Source of the DNA: Macrostomum hystrix
Taxonomy: Eukaryota; Animalia; Platyhelminthes
NCBI GenBank assembly: GCA_950097015.1
Contig: CATNEN010000015.1
Coordinates: 1,798,001-1,862,000, forward strand
Direction: 5' to 3'
Length of the DNA: 64,000 nt
Below the pieces are notes generated by a model that was not told where the DNA came from, did not search any database, and was given only the letters and a program-made list of their open reading frames with translations. The position numbers and the translations under genes are program-made. Below are positions 22,640 to 32,774 of this stretch, piece by piece (the stretch's first letter is position 1; every line of letters starts with the position of its first letter).

Positions 22640-25600
22640 GTGAGGCACTTCTGCTGTGTCCTTCTAGCGTTCTTAACATCACAAAACATCGGAATCGTCT
22701 AGATATTCAATGATTCTCGCAGGAGTGTCTGTTGGCAAGAACCAAAAATATTGGCATATTTAGGCATATTTTCCTTCTCACAAATTTTATCATGTAATAA
22801 TTTCGGCTATCATTGTTAACTATTTAGGATTGATTAAAACATTTTTTTCCATTTTTGAGACAATATGGATTCGCCATAGAAGTTTATAAAGAGCAATCTT
22901 AGTTGGCCTTGTCCTTCGAAAGGTTCATCGTAAAGGGCGGAAAGTTTTGATCCATATGAAGGAGGACTTTCACAAAAATTGGTCATTTGGTTCGGGAGCT
23001 ATCTTGAAGCAGGCATGGGTATTTGAAATACATTAAATGGGGCGCATTTACGGTGAGAAGGCTGCGATGGGTCAACCCCAAATCACTGTGAGAGTGTACG
23101 ATTATGAGATGAGAAAATCTGATGTACACACCTGTGTGAGTAATGTACCTGTGCACGGTATCCATGCGGATGTGTGTGCCCCTGAGAACCATATTTTTAG
23201 CTCGACTACCCGTCCCCGCCGCCACGCAGATCACGCACTGGAACCACCCGAACTTCCACGCCTACTATCCGTCGCTGAACTCCTACCCGTCCATCCTGGG
23301 CGACTTCCTGGCTGCCGGTATCGGCTGCGTCGGCTTCTCCTGGATCGCCAGCCCGGCGGCCACGGAGCTCGAGGTGATCGTCTGCGACTGGATGGTGAAG
23401 GCCATGGGCCTGCCGAACCACTTCCTGTCCACCTCCGAGACCGGAGGAGCCGTGATCCACGGCACAGCGACTGAGTCCACACTCACCTGCATGCTGGCTG
23501 CCCGGGAGCGAGCCATCAAGGACTGGCTGAAGCTGCACCCGGACTCTGGCTACTTTGACGCCTTCTCACGGCTGGTGTGCTACTCCACCGACCAGGTAAA
23601 CTATATAAAAGTGCACTCAAGCTGCATCTTATTGAAGACTCTTGACCGGTTCCTCTCGCACTAATGTCACGGAGCTCGATTCCGCGTCGAGGCCACATTC
23701 ATTTTGTGCAATTTACGCCCTTAAGGGCCAACCTCCAAGGCGCAGTAAGATTGTACCCTGCCTGGCGATGAGAAAGTGAGCGTGTGCCTGCGTACAGTAT
23801 CTGTGTGTGTGTGTGCGTGTGTGTGTTCAGGAGTCACCGGATGGGCAGAATTGCCTCCTCGTTGGCCGCAGGTCTTTATAGTGTCACTAAATGATGTGCC
23901 ATTGCCCGCAGCCCTCCTGCAATATATTATGATTATTATTCACCCCGGAGTGACTATCTTAGGACAATCTCAAATTTGGGGCACAAATGGGTCAAAACTT
24001 GACTTCAGTCTCCAGCGAGGAGGCAATTCTGCCCGTTTCGGTGGGCACACACACACACAGGTATCGTCGTGAGGCAGTCACACTCATTGGTAGGTCTTTA
24101 TTGGGCAATTTCTAACAATTCAAACACTGCCGCCAAATATCTCCAGACGCACTCAATGATTGTTCGCAACGCGTCGTTCATCGGCATCGAAATCCGTCGG
24201 TTGACCGCGCCAGAAGGTCGCACCGCGTTGAATCGCGAGGAGTTCTCCCAGGTGGTCAAGGAGGACAGAGAAAGAGGCCGGATTCCATTCTTTGTGAGTC
24301 ACAAATAATTTTTCCATGTTTTCATGAGCCCCGCCCAGACTTCAGTTAGTGAATTTTTACTAAAATCTAGAAAACTTACTGCACAATGTCGCATTTGTTT
24401 TAGTGCGCTGTGAGATTTCATTGCTTGCAGAAAAAATGTTTAGATTCGTTCAAAATACTGACAAAGCTGCTGGCCCAATACTTGAAATTTCACTGTGAAA
24501 GGCAAGGCAGATTCGCATCGTGATTCATTTAGTTAAACAAATGAAAAGTGCAAATGAAGCTTATTCAGTGTGCCAATTATGTGACCCAATTCTGCCACCG
24601 GAACACTCTGGGAGCGCCCGCTTGGCGTTGCTAGGCAAAATCTGGCCTCTATTTTACCCCCACCTAGGAATCAATCAATACGGGAGTAGCCGTGCTATAA
24701 GAAAAATTAATTGAGAAGTGTGTATTGTGAAACTCTTTACCATTAGCTGGCTGACTGACGTTGGCTTTTTCACGAAGCAGGAGCGGCGAGCACACATGGC
24801 GCTGTTCTAGGAGACCTCGCTGAGCCCGCAGCCTTTCTGTCTCTGGCTAACACAATATTTGCTCAGCAGCTTGGCCCCCCGAAACGTCTCTCTGCCTGCT
24901 ATATTTTTCCGAGCTCCCTTTCCGGCCGTCTGTGAGCACATTGTACGGCCTTGCTTATTATTACTGAACACGACTCAGACTCGACTCAACCTAAACCAGA
25001 CTTCGAAGGTTGACCGAAGCGGCAGCGCCAAGCTGTCTTGTCTGCTGCTGCTTATCTTTGCTAAAAAATGAGCAGTGATATGGGATGCCGCAGTAGCCTC
25101 ATTTGTGTGCTTTGGCGTGACGCAGGCAGTCTAGAGCTACTCTCAACTCACAACCCTTCCCAACCCTCTTCACGTATTTAGATTTCACACTCTTGCTCAT
25201 CCAGCTGTATATGAGCACATTATTAGACTCCGTTACCAAAGTACTTTCAGTTTAAAAAACTGCAGTGCCTGCCTATGATAGGCTCTGGAAATGCCAGGCG
25301 GGGTATGTTGCCATGGTTACGTACACAACCAAGTCAAAACTAGATTCAGCTCACTAGCCAGGCTCCTAAACGTCTGGGTGTCCTGGCAAATGAGTGATTG
25401 CTTTTGCTGTTATTTCATATGTGCAATAATTTAATGTATTATTCTTTTCTGAAGCATGTTGCTCAAAATACTACTACAGAAAGAAGTGAAGTAGGCGGTA
25501 AGAACAATAATGAAATAATTTATTCGGCACGCAGGTTTGTGGCAGCTTCGGAACAACCGGCTGTTGCGAGTTCGACCCTGTCGAGGAGATCGGACCTGTA

Positions 25601-28600
25601 TGTGAGTTCAACAAGAAGTACGAGCTATTTTATTTATAAAGTGCAAAGTAGCTTCTTCGAATGTCTCCTCCCTACAGAACCAATCGTTCTTCTTATCGTC
25701 GTTGGTCCCTCGTGATGCCTTCATTTCGCTGACGTCACGTCACTCAGCCCGCTATTTTTAACTTAGAATACCCCCTCGTATGCCGTATGTATCATTGCCA
25801 TCTTAGACATCTGCATGACTGACGAAATACTTGGCTTCTATCACCTCGATGTTTTAGCATAACTTCTCGTTGTGAGCCTCAAGTGACGTCGACATTCTAA
25901 CATGACTTTCGGCACCGAAAATTCGTGACTTTTCATTTTCTAAACGTTCAATTTGAGTCTCTGACTCGTCGAGATCCTCTGACTCGTAGAGAGCCTCTGA
26001 CCCGTAGAGAGCCTCTGACTTGTCGAGAGCCTCTGACTCGTAGAGAGCCTCTGATCTGTAGAGAGCCTCGGAATCGTAGTGAGCCTCTGAATCGTAGAAG
26101 CCTAATATCTTCGTCACACAATCGAACCAAGGCGTCTCCGAGCGCATCTGGCTTCACATTGACGCCGCCTACGCCGGGGCGTTCCTGTTCTGCCCGGAGT
26201 TCCGCCCGCTGATGCGCGGCATCGAGTACGCGGACTCATTTAACTTCAATCCGCACAAGATGATGCACGTAAATTTCGACTGCTCGGCTCTGTTCCTGCG
26301 CTGCGTGGCCGACCTATTCGACGGATTGAAGGTGGGTCTGGGTAAAATGCAAGCTTAGGTTAAGTGGCAGTTAACTAGGCTACAACGTTTTATTTGCCTC
26401 GATCTGGGAGTCAAGACTGATCGAATAATGATGCACCAATAATAATAATAATATTAATATTAATAACACTAGATACGCAGCCAGCGAGGAGGCAATTCTG
26501 CCCATTTTGCTGACTCCTGATCACACACGCATACAGATACTGTACGAAGGCGCACGCTCCCACAGGTGTGTACATCTGCCCTGACTTTCTCACCATCAGG
26601 CAGTGCAAACTCTCACTGTGTGTTGGAGGTTGGCCCTCCAGAGCGTAAATTTCACGACAAGACCCCAAGCCTTCTTTCCGCGGCAGCGCCCAAAATGAAT
26701 GTGGCCTCGCTACGGAATCGAGCTCATGGACCTTGGTGCGAGAGGCAAACGCATTAGACAGCTCTGCCACACACTCTCATTATGTACCCTTAATGGGGGT
26801 GAGCGGTTGACCTGAACCATGAACCATGACCACACCCGTCACAAATGTCCAGGAGGACCTCCTCTCCGGGTTGAAGCTGATGAAGATCTTCAAGGAGCAG
26901 GGCATTCCGGATTATCGGCACTGGGAGATTCCACTAGGTCGCCGGTTCCGTGCCCTGAAGATCTGGTTCGTGATGCGCAGCATGGGCCTGCAGGGCCTAC
27001 GCAAGTCGCTTCGTCACCACGTCAAGCTAGCCGACTATTTTGCTGAGAAACTGGCCGCCGACTCCGAGTTCGAGGTGCTGTCCAAGAGCCTCGGATTGGT
27101 GGCCTTCCGGGTCAAGGTGAGACGAAGAGCACCTTTCGATCAATTAGCCTAGCTTCTAAGTCCGTGCAGCTCTGTAAAACACTGTAGCTTTAGCTAACTT
27201 TATTAGCTTGCACCATCCGATAGTTTTGTCAAAGGGTTCATCGTATGAAGGGCTCAGTGAGGGATCGAATGAAGGGTTTAGAGAGGGATCGAATGAAGGG
27301 TTCAGAGAGGGATCGAATGAAGGGTTCAGACAGGGATCGAATGAAGGGTTCAGAGAGGGATCGATTGAATGGTTCAGAGAGGGATCGATTGAATGGTTCA
27401 GAGAGGGATCGAATGAAGGGTTCAGAGAGGGATCGAATGAAGGGTTCAGAGAGGGATCGAATGTAGGGTTCAGACAGGGATCGAATAAAGGGTTCAGAGA
27501 GGGATCGAATGAAGGGTTCAGAGAGGGATCGAATGAGGTTACAGAGAGTGATCGAATAAAGGTTTCAGAGAGGGATCGATTGAATGGTTCAGAGAGGGAT
27601 CGAATGAAGGTTTCAGAGAGGGATCGATTGAATGGTTCAGAGAGGGATCGAATGAAGGGTTCAGAGAGGGATCGAATAAAGGTTTCAGAGAGGGATCGAA
27701 TGAATGGTTCAGAGAGGGATCGATTGAATGGTTCAGAGAGGGATCGAATGAAGGGTTCAGACAGGGATCGAATGAAGGGTTCAGAGAGGGATCGACTGAA
27801 GGGTTCAGACAGGTTTCTCTGGTAATTCAAACCACCAATCCGTTTTCAGCTTCCAACCAGACCCGACGGGGCCTCTCCGCGCTCCGGAGATTTAGTAAGT
27901 TTTTCGTCCAACTAAAGAGGCCCAACTCAGAAGTTAAGAGCTTCTTCAAGCACGTCTTTGTTCCTTTGACGCCAAAATTTTAAATGACCCAAATTTTAAT
28001 TAACTAAAATAAAAAAAAATCCTTTAAATTTACCTTATACTCGACCTTTAAATTTAATTGAACTCGACCTTAAACTCGATCTTTAAATCTGCCTTAAACG
28101 CGACCTTGAAGTCGACCTTGAACTCGATCTTGAACACGACCTTGAACTCGACCTTGAACTCGATCTTGAACACGACTTTGAACTCGAACTTAAACGCGAT
28201 CTTGAACTCGACCTTGAACTCGACCTTGAACTCGATCTTGAACACGACCTTGAACTCGACCTTGAACTCGACCTTGAACTCGACCTTGAACTCGATCTTG
28301 AACACGACCTTGAACTCGACCTTGAACTCGCAGGACACGAACGCCGTGAACGCTCTGCTCTACAACCTGATCTGTGACGACGGCCGAATCCACCTGAACG
28401 CCGCTGAGACGGGCGACCCACCCAGCTACTACCTGCGCTTCGTCTGCACCTCGCACGCCGAACGCAAAGACGTCGAATTTGCCTACGACGTCATCAAGAG
28501 CCTGACGGCCAGGCTGCGCAGTCGCCGGATGTCGCTCAGCGAGGTGCAGGCCGAGCGAGAGAAAATGTTGAGCAACCTGGCTCAGCAGAGGCGCATCACC

Positions 28601-28612
28601 AGCACCGGCTGA
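22208..28612 (+). CDS. Aromatic L-amino acid decarboxylase-like protein (group II PLP decarboxylase, DDC/TDC/HDC family), 7 exons, 584 aa
   Basis: join(22208..22639,23230..23595,24147..24293,25535..25601,26132..26331,26853..27116,28334..28612); all GT-AG with consistent phases. Motifs: [78 protein letters not shown] (PLP lysine), [19 protein letters not shown]. Orthology to DDC versus TDC not resolved. Confidence 0.93.
23030..23185 (+). mobile_element. Highly decayed SINE family A fragment (decarboxylase intron 1)
   Basis: CACTGTGAGAGTGTACG...GATGAGAAAATCTGATGTACACACCTGTGTGAG matches the family A body with many changes. Confidence 0.6.
23230..23595 (+). CDS. Decarboxylase-like exon 2 (ITHWNHP...YSTDQ)
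   Basis: GCAG|ATC acceptor, CAG|GTAAAC donor, 122 codons. Confidence 0.93.
23663..23940 (+). mobile_element. SINE family A copy with internal deletions (decarboxylase intron 2)
   Basis: GAGCTCGATTCCGCGTCGAGGCCACATTC head remnant, body, and ATT-rich tail. Confidence 0.85.
24012..24065 (-). mobile_element. SINE family A 3' fragment, antisense (decarboxylase intron 2)
   Basis: AGCGAGGAGGCAATTCTGCCC is the near-exact reverse complement of the family GGGCAGAATTGCCTCCTCGCT motif. Confidence 0.6.
24147..24293 (+). CDS. Decarboxylase-like exon 3 (THSMIVRNA...GRIPFF)
   Basis: CCAG|ACG acceptor, TTT|GTGAGT donor, 49 codons; aligns with DDC AHSSVER...GLIPFF. Confidence 0.9.
25535..25601 (+). CDS. Decarboxylase-like exon 4 ([22 protein letters not shown])
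   Basis: GCAG|GTT acceptor, T|GTGAGT donor; missed by the ORF track. Confidence 0.9.
25958..26095. repeat. 18-bp minisatellite (GAGCCTCTGACTCGTAGA) in decarboxylase intron 4
   Basis: About 7 units ending about 35 nt before the exon 5 acceptor. Confidence 0.9.
26132..26331 (+). CDS. Decarboxylase-like exon 5 ([10 protein letters not shown]...NPHK...DGLK)
   Basis: CAAG|GC acceptor completes the split Cys codon; AAG|GTGGGT donor. Confidence 0.92.
26437..26775 (-). mobile_element. SINE family A near-full-length copy, antisense (decarboxylase intron 5)
   Basis: Minus strand reads TGGCAGAGCTGTCTAATGCG (A-box-like), GAGCTCGATTCC (B-box-like), body, then a (TAT)n tail. Confidence 0.88.
26853..27116 (+). 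CDS. Decarboxylase-like exon 6 (EDLLSGLK...[14 protein letters not shown]...VAFRVK)
   Basis: TCCAG|GAG acceptor, AAG|GTGAGA donor, 88 codons; 5' boundary less certain than the rest. Confidence 0.85.
27255..27812. repeat. 24-bp minisatellite (AGAGAGGGATCGAATGAAGGGTTC) in decarboxylase intron 6
   Basis: About 23 units. Confidence 0.95.
28040..28330. repeat. 12-bp minisatellite (GACCTTGAACTC / GATCTTGAACAC) abutting the exon 7 acceptor
   Basis: The last unit runs directly into CTTGAACTCGCAG|. Confidence 0.93.
28334..28612 (+). CDS. Decarboxylase-like exon 7 ([13 protein letters not shown]...GRIHL...YYLRF...stop)
   Basis: CGCAG|GAC acceptor; TGA ends at 28612. Confidence 0.9.
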   Translation, partial: DTNAVNALLYNLICDDGRIHLNAAETGDPPSYYLRFVCTSHAERKDVEFAYDVIKSLTARLRSRRMSLSEVQAEREKMLSNLAQQRRITSTG

Positions 28613-29582
28613 TCGCGAACTTCCACCCGGCACATTGAACACTTTAACACGAGGACAATGTCTATGAGTGCTTGCTTCTTGAATATATTAACTGCTTATA
28701 ATCAGCTTAGATTAACAAATCTAAAGTAAGAATGTACGATAAGCTTTATTCTCTGCAACAGAAAATTTATTGTAAATCAATTGTGTCGGATCCCACTTGA
28801 CTACCAGAATCTGGGATAATCAGGTAGATGGCACTGTATTTGGGCCAGATTTGCAGCTGATGGTGTGTGTACAACTGTTCAGTCCATAGACAAGCTGCAA
28901 TTGTGATTAGTAGAATTAGATTTGCCACAAATCTCCCTACATACGGGTCGTACGGGCACACGAGTGACAATTATCTTTCTGTTAATAATTTATAATCGTC
29001 TATCTTGTTTTTAAATCCGCGCCAATAGTTTTTACGTTTTTATCAGTTTAGATGCTGTTTATCGTAAGTGGAAAGTTTTTTCTTGTTTAAACAAATTTTA
29101 TAATTTATTTTTGTGATAAATTTGCTGCGCCAGATTTTTTTCATTTCAAGGTTTTTGTTTTTTTTCCGATAAAGTTTTCAAGAGATAAGCACGATTGCTA
29201 CTAACAGTGATACACAACAGATATTGTTGGAAAATAATATTTTCAAGTAAATTCAACCGATTAGTTTTATAAATTCGATTCGAAACTAGGAAATGGGCTT
29301 ATCCAATACATTTTTCTTTTGAAAACTTATCATTAATAATTTTTTTCATCACCTGAAAAAATTGGTATGAGATGTTTCCGAACTGAAATACACATTGGCT
29401 CAAAGAGTAACTCTGATTTGCTATTGAAAAGCTTCCTTATTGAGCTCAATCATTATGCTAAACTATGCGGATGTCGTTCTCATTAACTGTAACTTAACTC
29501 CAAATGAAGTTCAAGTTAATTAAAAAAAATTTTTCTTGAATTAGTGTCCTTTGCCTGATAGAACAACACCCAGAACTAAATA

Positions 29583-30637
29583 AAAACACCCTCAGCACTG
29601 ATCGATAAACACCCTCAGCACTGATTAATAAACACCCTCAGCACTGATCGATAAACACCCTCAGCACTGATTAATAAACACCCTCAGCACTGATCGAATA
29701 AACACCCTCAGCACTTAAAATTAAACGCCCTCAGCACTGATCGATAAACACCCTCAGCACTGATCGATAAAAACCCTTACCACTGATTGATAAACACCCT
29801 CAGCACTGATCGATAAACACCCTCAGCACTTAAAATTAAACGCCCTCAGCACTGATCGATAAACACCCTCAGCACTGTTTAATAAACGCCCTCAGCACTG
29901 ATTGATAAACACCCTCAGCACTGATCGATAAACACCCTCAGCACTGATCGATAAACACCCTCAGCACTGATCGATAAAAACCCTTACCACTGATTGATAA
30001 ACACCCTCAGCACTGATCGATAAACACCCTTACCACTGATTGATAAACGCCCTCAGCACTGATCGATAAACACCCTCAGCACTGTTTAATAAACGCCCTC
30101 AGCACTGATTGATAAACACCCTCAGCACTGATCGATAAACACCCTCAGCACTTATCGATAAACACCCTCAGCACTTATCGATAAACACCCTCAGCACTGA
30201 TTGATAAACACCCTCAGCACTTAAAATTAAACGCCCTCAGCACTGATCGATAAACACCCTCAGCACTGATTGATAAACACCCTCAGCACTTAAAATTAAA
30301 CGCCCCCAGCACTGTTTAATAAACAGCCTCAGCACTGATCGATAAACACCCTCAGCACTGATCGATAAACACCCTCAGCACTTATCGATAAACACCCTCA
30401 GCACTGATTGATAAACACCCTCAGCACTTAAAATTAAACGCCCTCAGCACTGATCGATAAACAACCTCAGCACTGATCGATAAACACCATCAGCACTGAT
30501 CGATAAACACCCTCAGCACTGATTGATAAACACCCTCAGCACTTAAAATTAAACGCCCTCAGCACTGTTTAATAAACACCCTCAGCACTGATCGATAAAC
30601 ACCATCAGCACTGATCGATAAACACCCTCAGCACTGT
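29583..30637. repeat. 23-bp minisatellite (AAACACCCTCAGCACTGATCGAT)
   Basis: About 46 units. Confidence 0.95.
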
Positions 30638-31486
30638 TAGATAAGATGCACACCAGTAACTCAACAAAGGGCACAACTAAAATGGAAGGACAAATATTTG
30701 TAACGGAAAGAAAACAACTGCAGATTCAACTCAAAACAATGTAGTAAAGTTTGCCAAAAATGCGCAATTCAGTAGTATCTGCTGCCCAATCTTAAACTTT
30801 TAAATTTATTTTTTTTCGCGAGTTATAGGTTGGTCAAGCTGTCCAATCAGGTCCCATGTTCAGGACTGCTAGATATATTGTGTTATTGAATCCATGGCTT
30901 TAGGCTAAAAATTTTTACCGAAAATTTCTAATAAAAAATTCCTTTTTTTTGTGACAATTCTTTTAGAAGATCTGAACAAGAAAGATAAACAAGGGGAAGC
31001 AATTTTCTGTCGTTTTGCTCCCGTGTGAAACGCGACGTGGAAAAGTGAAAATCAATTGAGAAAAGACAACAGAGGGAGAAAGAAAGCGCTGCTCCTGAGT
31101 CATAGCCGTGGACCGACTCAAACGCTTCTTTGAGCACTGTGGAGTCGAGGCTTCTTCAGCGCATTCCGTGCCAATAAAGAAAAGAAGAATTGTTTTCGGC
31201 AGAACAAAAAAACAGCAGTTTTATGCATGCGGACTGCAAACTGTGGCGCAGACCATTGGGCACCTGAATTCATGCGTCCGTGACAAGGTTTAAAAGGCTG
31301 AATTGAGAAGTCTTGTGAGGACACAGCTCAACACTGCTACAGCTGGGCCTCAGGTAAGATTAGTTCAAATTCATTGACGTTTACAAATGTGAATTTGCTG
31401 ATATGTTACACAGGAACACATTAATTCTCTCAAAGTCATTGGGCAGTGTTTACTTTCAGTGGGCCTAATAGGTTTTCCCCATAGAC

Positions 31487-31953
31487 CAGGGGTCGGCAAA
31501 CTTATTAGCTGGCGGGCCAAAGAGAGAATCTAAAAGACGACAGCGGGCCGCTTTGATTATAGAAATATGATATAAGGAAGAGATGAGACACGGGAGAGAT
31601 GAGACACGGGAGAGATGAGACACGGGAGAGATGAGACACGGGAGAGATGAGACACGGGAGAGATGAGACACGGGAGAGATGAGATACGGGAGAGATGGGA
31701 CACGGGAGAGATGAGACACGGGAGAGATGAGACACGGGAGAGATGAGACACGGGAGAGATGAGACACGGGAGAGATAAGACACGGGAGAGATGAGACACG
31801 GGAGAGATGAGACACGGGAGAGATAAGACACGGGAGAGATAAGACACGGGAGAGATGAAACAGGATACAATAGGTGTTGGAAGGGGCAACGGGCCGGATT
31901 TTGGAGCCTCGAGGGCCGCATCTCGCACGCGGGCCGGAGTTTGCCGACCCCTG
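31487..31953. mobile_element. Non-autonomous hAT element (MITE) with 16-bp TIRs, 8-bp TSD and internal 16-bp minisatellite
   Basis: TIR CAGGGGTCGGCAAACT (31487-31502) and AGTTTGCCGACCCCTG (31938-31953) are perfect inverted copies; CCATAGAC is duplicated at 31479-31486 and 31954-31961; GGGCC/GGCCC subterminal motifs; internal (GGGAGAGATGAGACAC)n at about 31579-31860. Confidence 0.95.
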
Positions 31954-32060
31954 CCATAGACGAAGGCTGTACGAGTTAATGAATTTCGAGTTCAGAGACT
32001 CCAGTGCGCAATAAAAAATTACCAACGAATTGAAAGTACCAAGCTCGCTCGCAAAGTGTT

Positions 32061-32340
32061 GGGGATGAGTGGCAGAACGGTCTAACGCGTTTGCCTCTCG
32101 CACCAAGGTCCCTGAGCTCGATTCCGCGGCGAGGACACATTCATTTTGCGTAGCAGCCGCGGAGAGAAAGCTTAGGGACTTGTCGTGCAATTATCCGCCC
32201 TTGAGGGCTAACCACCAAGGCACAGTGAGAGTGTACACTGCCTGACTATGAGACAGTCAGGGCAGATGTGCTCACCTGTGTGAGCATGTGCTCCAGCGGA
32301 ATGGGCATAATTGCCTCCTCGCTGGCTGCGGGTCTAGTGT
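32061..32340 (+). mobile_element. SINE family A copy with tRNA-like head
   Basis: GAGTGGCAGAACGGTCTAACGCGTTTGCCTCTCGCACCAAGGTCCCTGAGCTCGATTCCGCGGCGAGG followed by the family body. Confidence 0.88.
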
Positions 32341-32774
32341 TCTGCAATTCTTCTTTTTTTTTAACTGAAGTATAAAGTTTTTGTTGAAGAAAGTTCTTTC
32401 ATCATTTAGAGCTTGGGCGCGGCAACTGCCCGGAGGGTTAAAGATTAATTTTTCTCCAACCCACCTCCTGACCCAGCGCCATCTACAGAATGGGAAGCTG
32501 CAGAGTCGGATGCAATGCCCCATCCCCAGCGGGACATGGGATCTTGGGGATCAGGAATTTAGGCGGAGATAATTTGCAGAGCTGGGAAAATATGCAATAA
32601 TGAGCCCACAAGGATGCAGCATGGCAACAGAGACCACCCGGCGAATCCGAAACAGTTCACTAATCTTTGACAGGTATCCAGATGCAGTAACTCTGATGAC
32701 TTGAAAACTATTTGCTTGAATGCGAAACCCCTGCGCACTTCTAACGAAACTTTACTTACTCCTTGACACCAAGA

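Noticed and set aside
25730-25737. Perfect CRE palindrome TGACGTCA in decarboxylase intron 4 (also TCACGTGA at about 1910 and 5874)
   Set aside because: An 8-mer is expected about once per 65 kb by chance; no independent support.
32061-32135. tRNA gene
   Set aside because: No convincing cloverleaf, and it is attached to a repeated body; it is a SINE head, as are the similar sequences at 26.7, 51.2, 54.1 and 44.7 kb.
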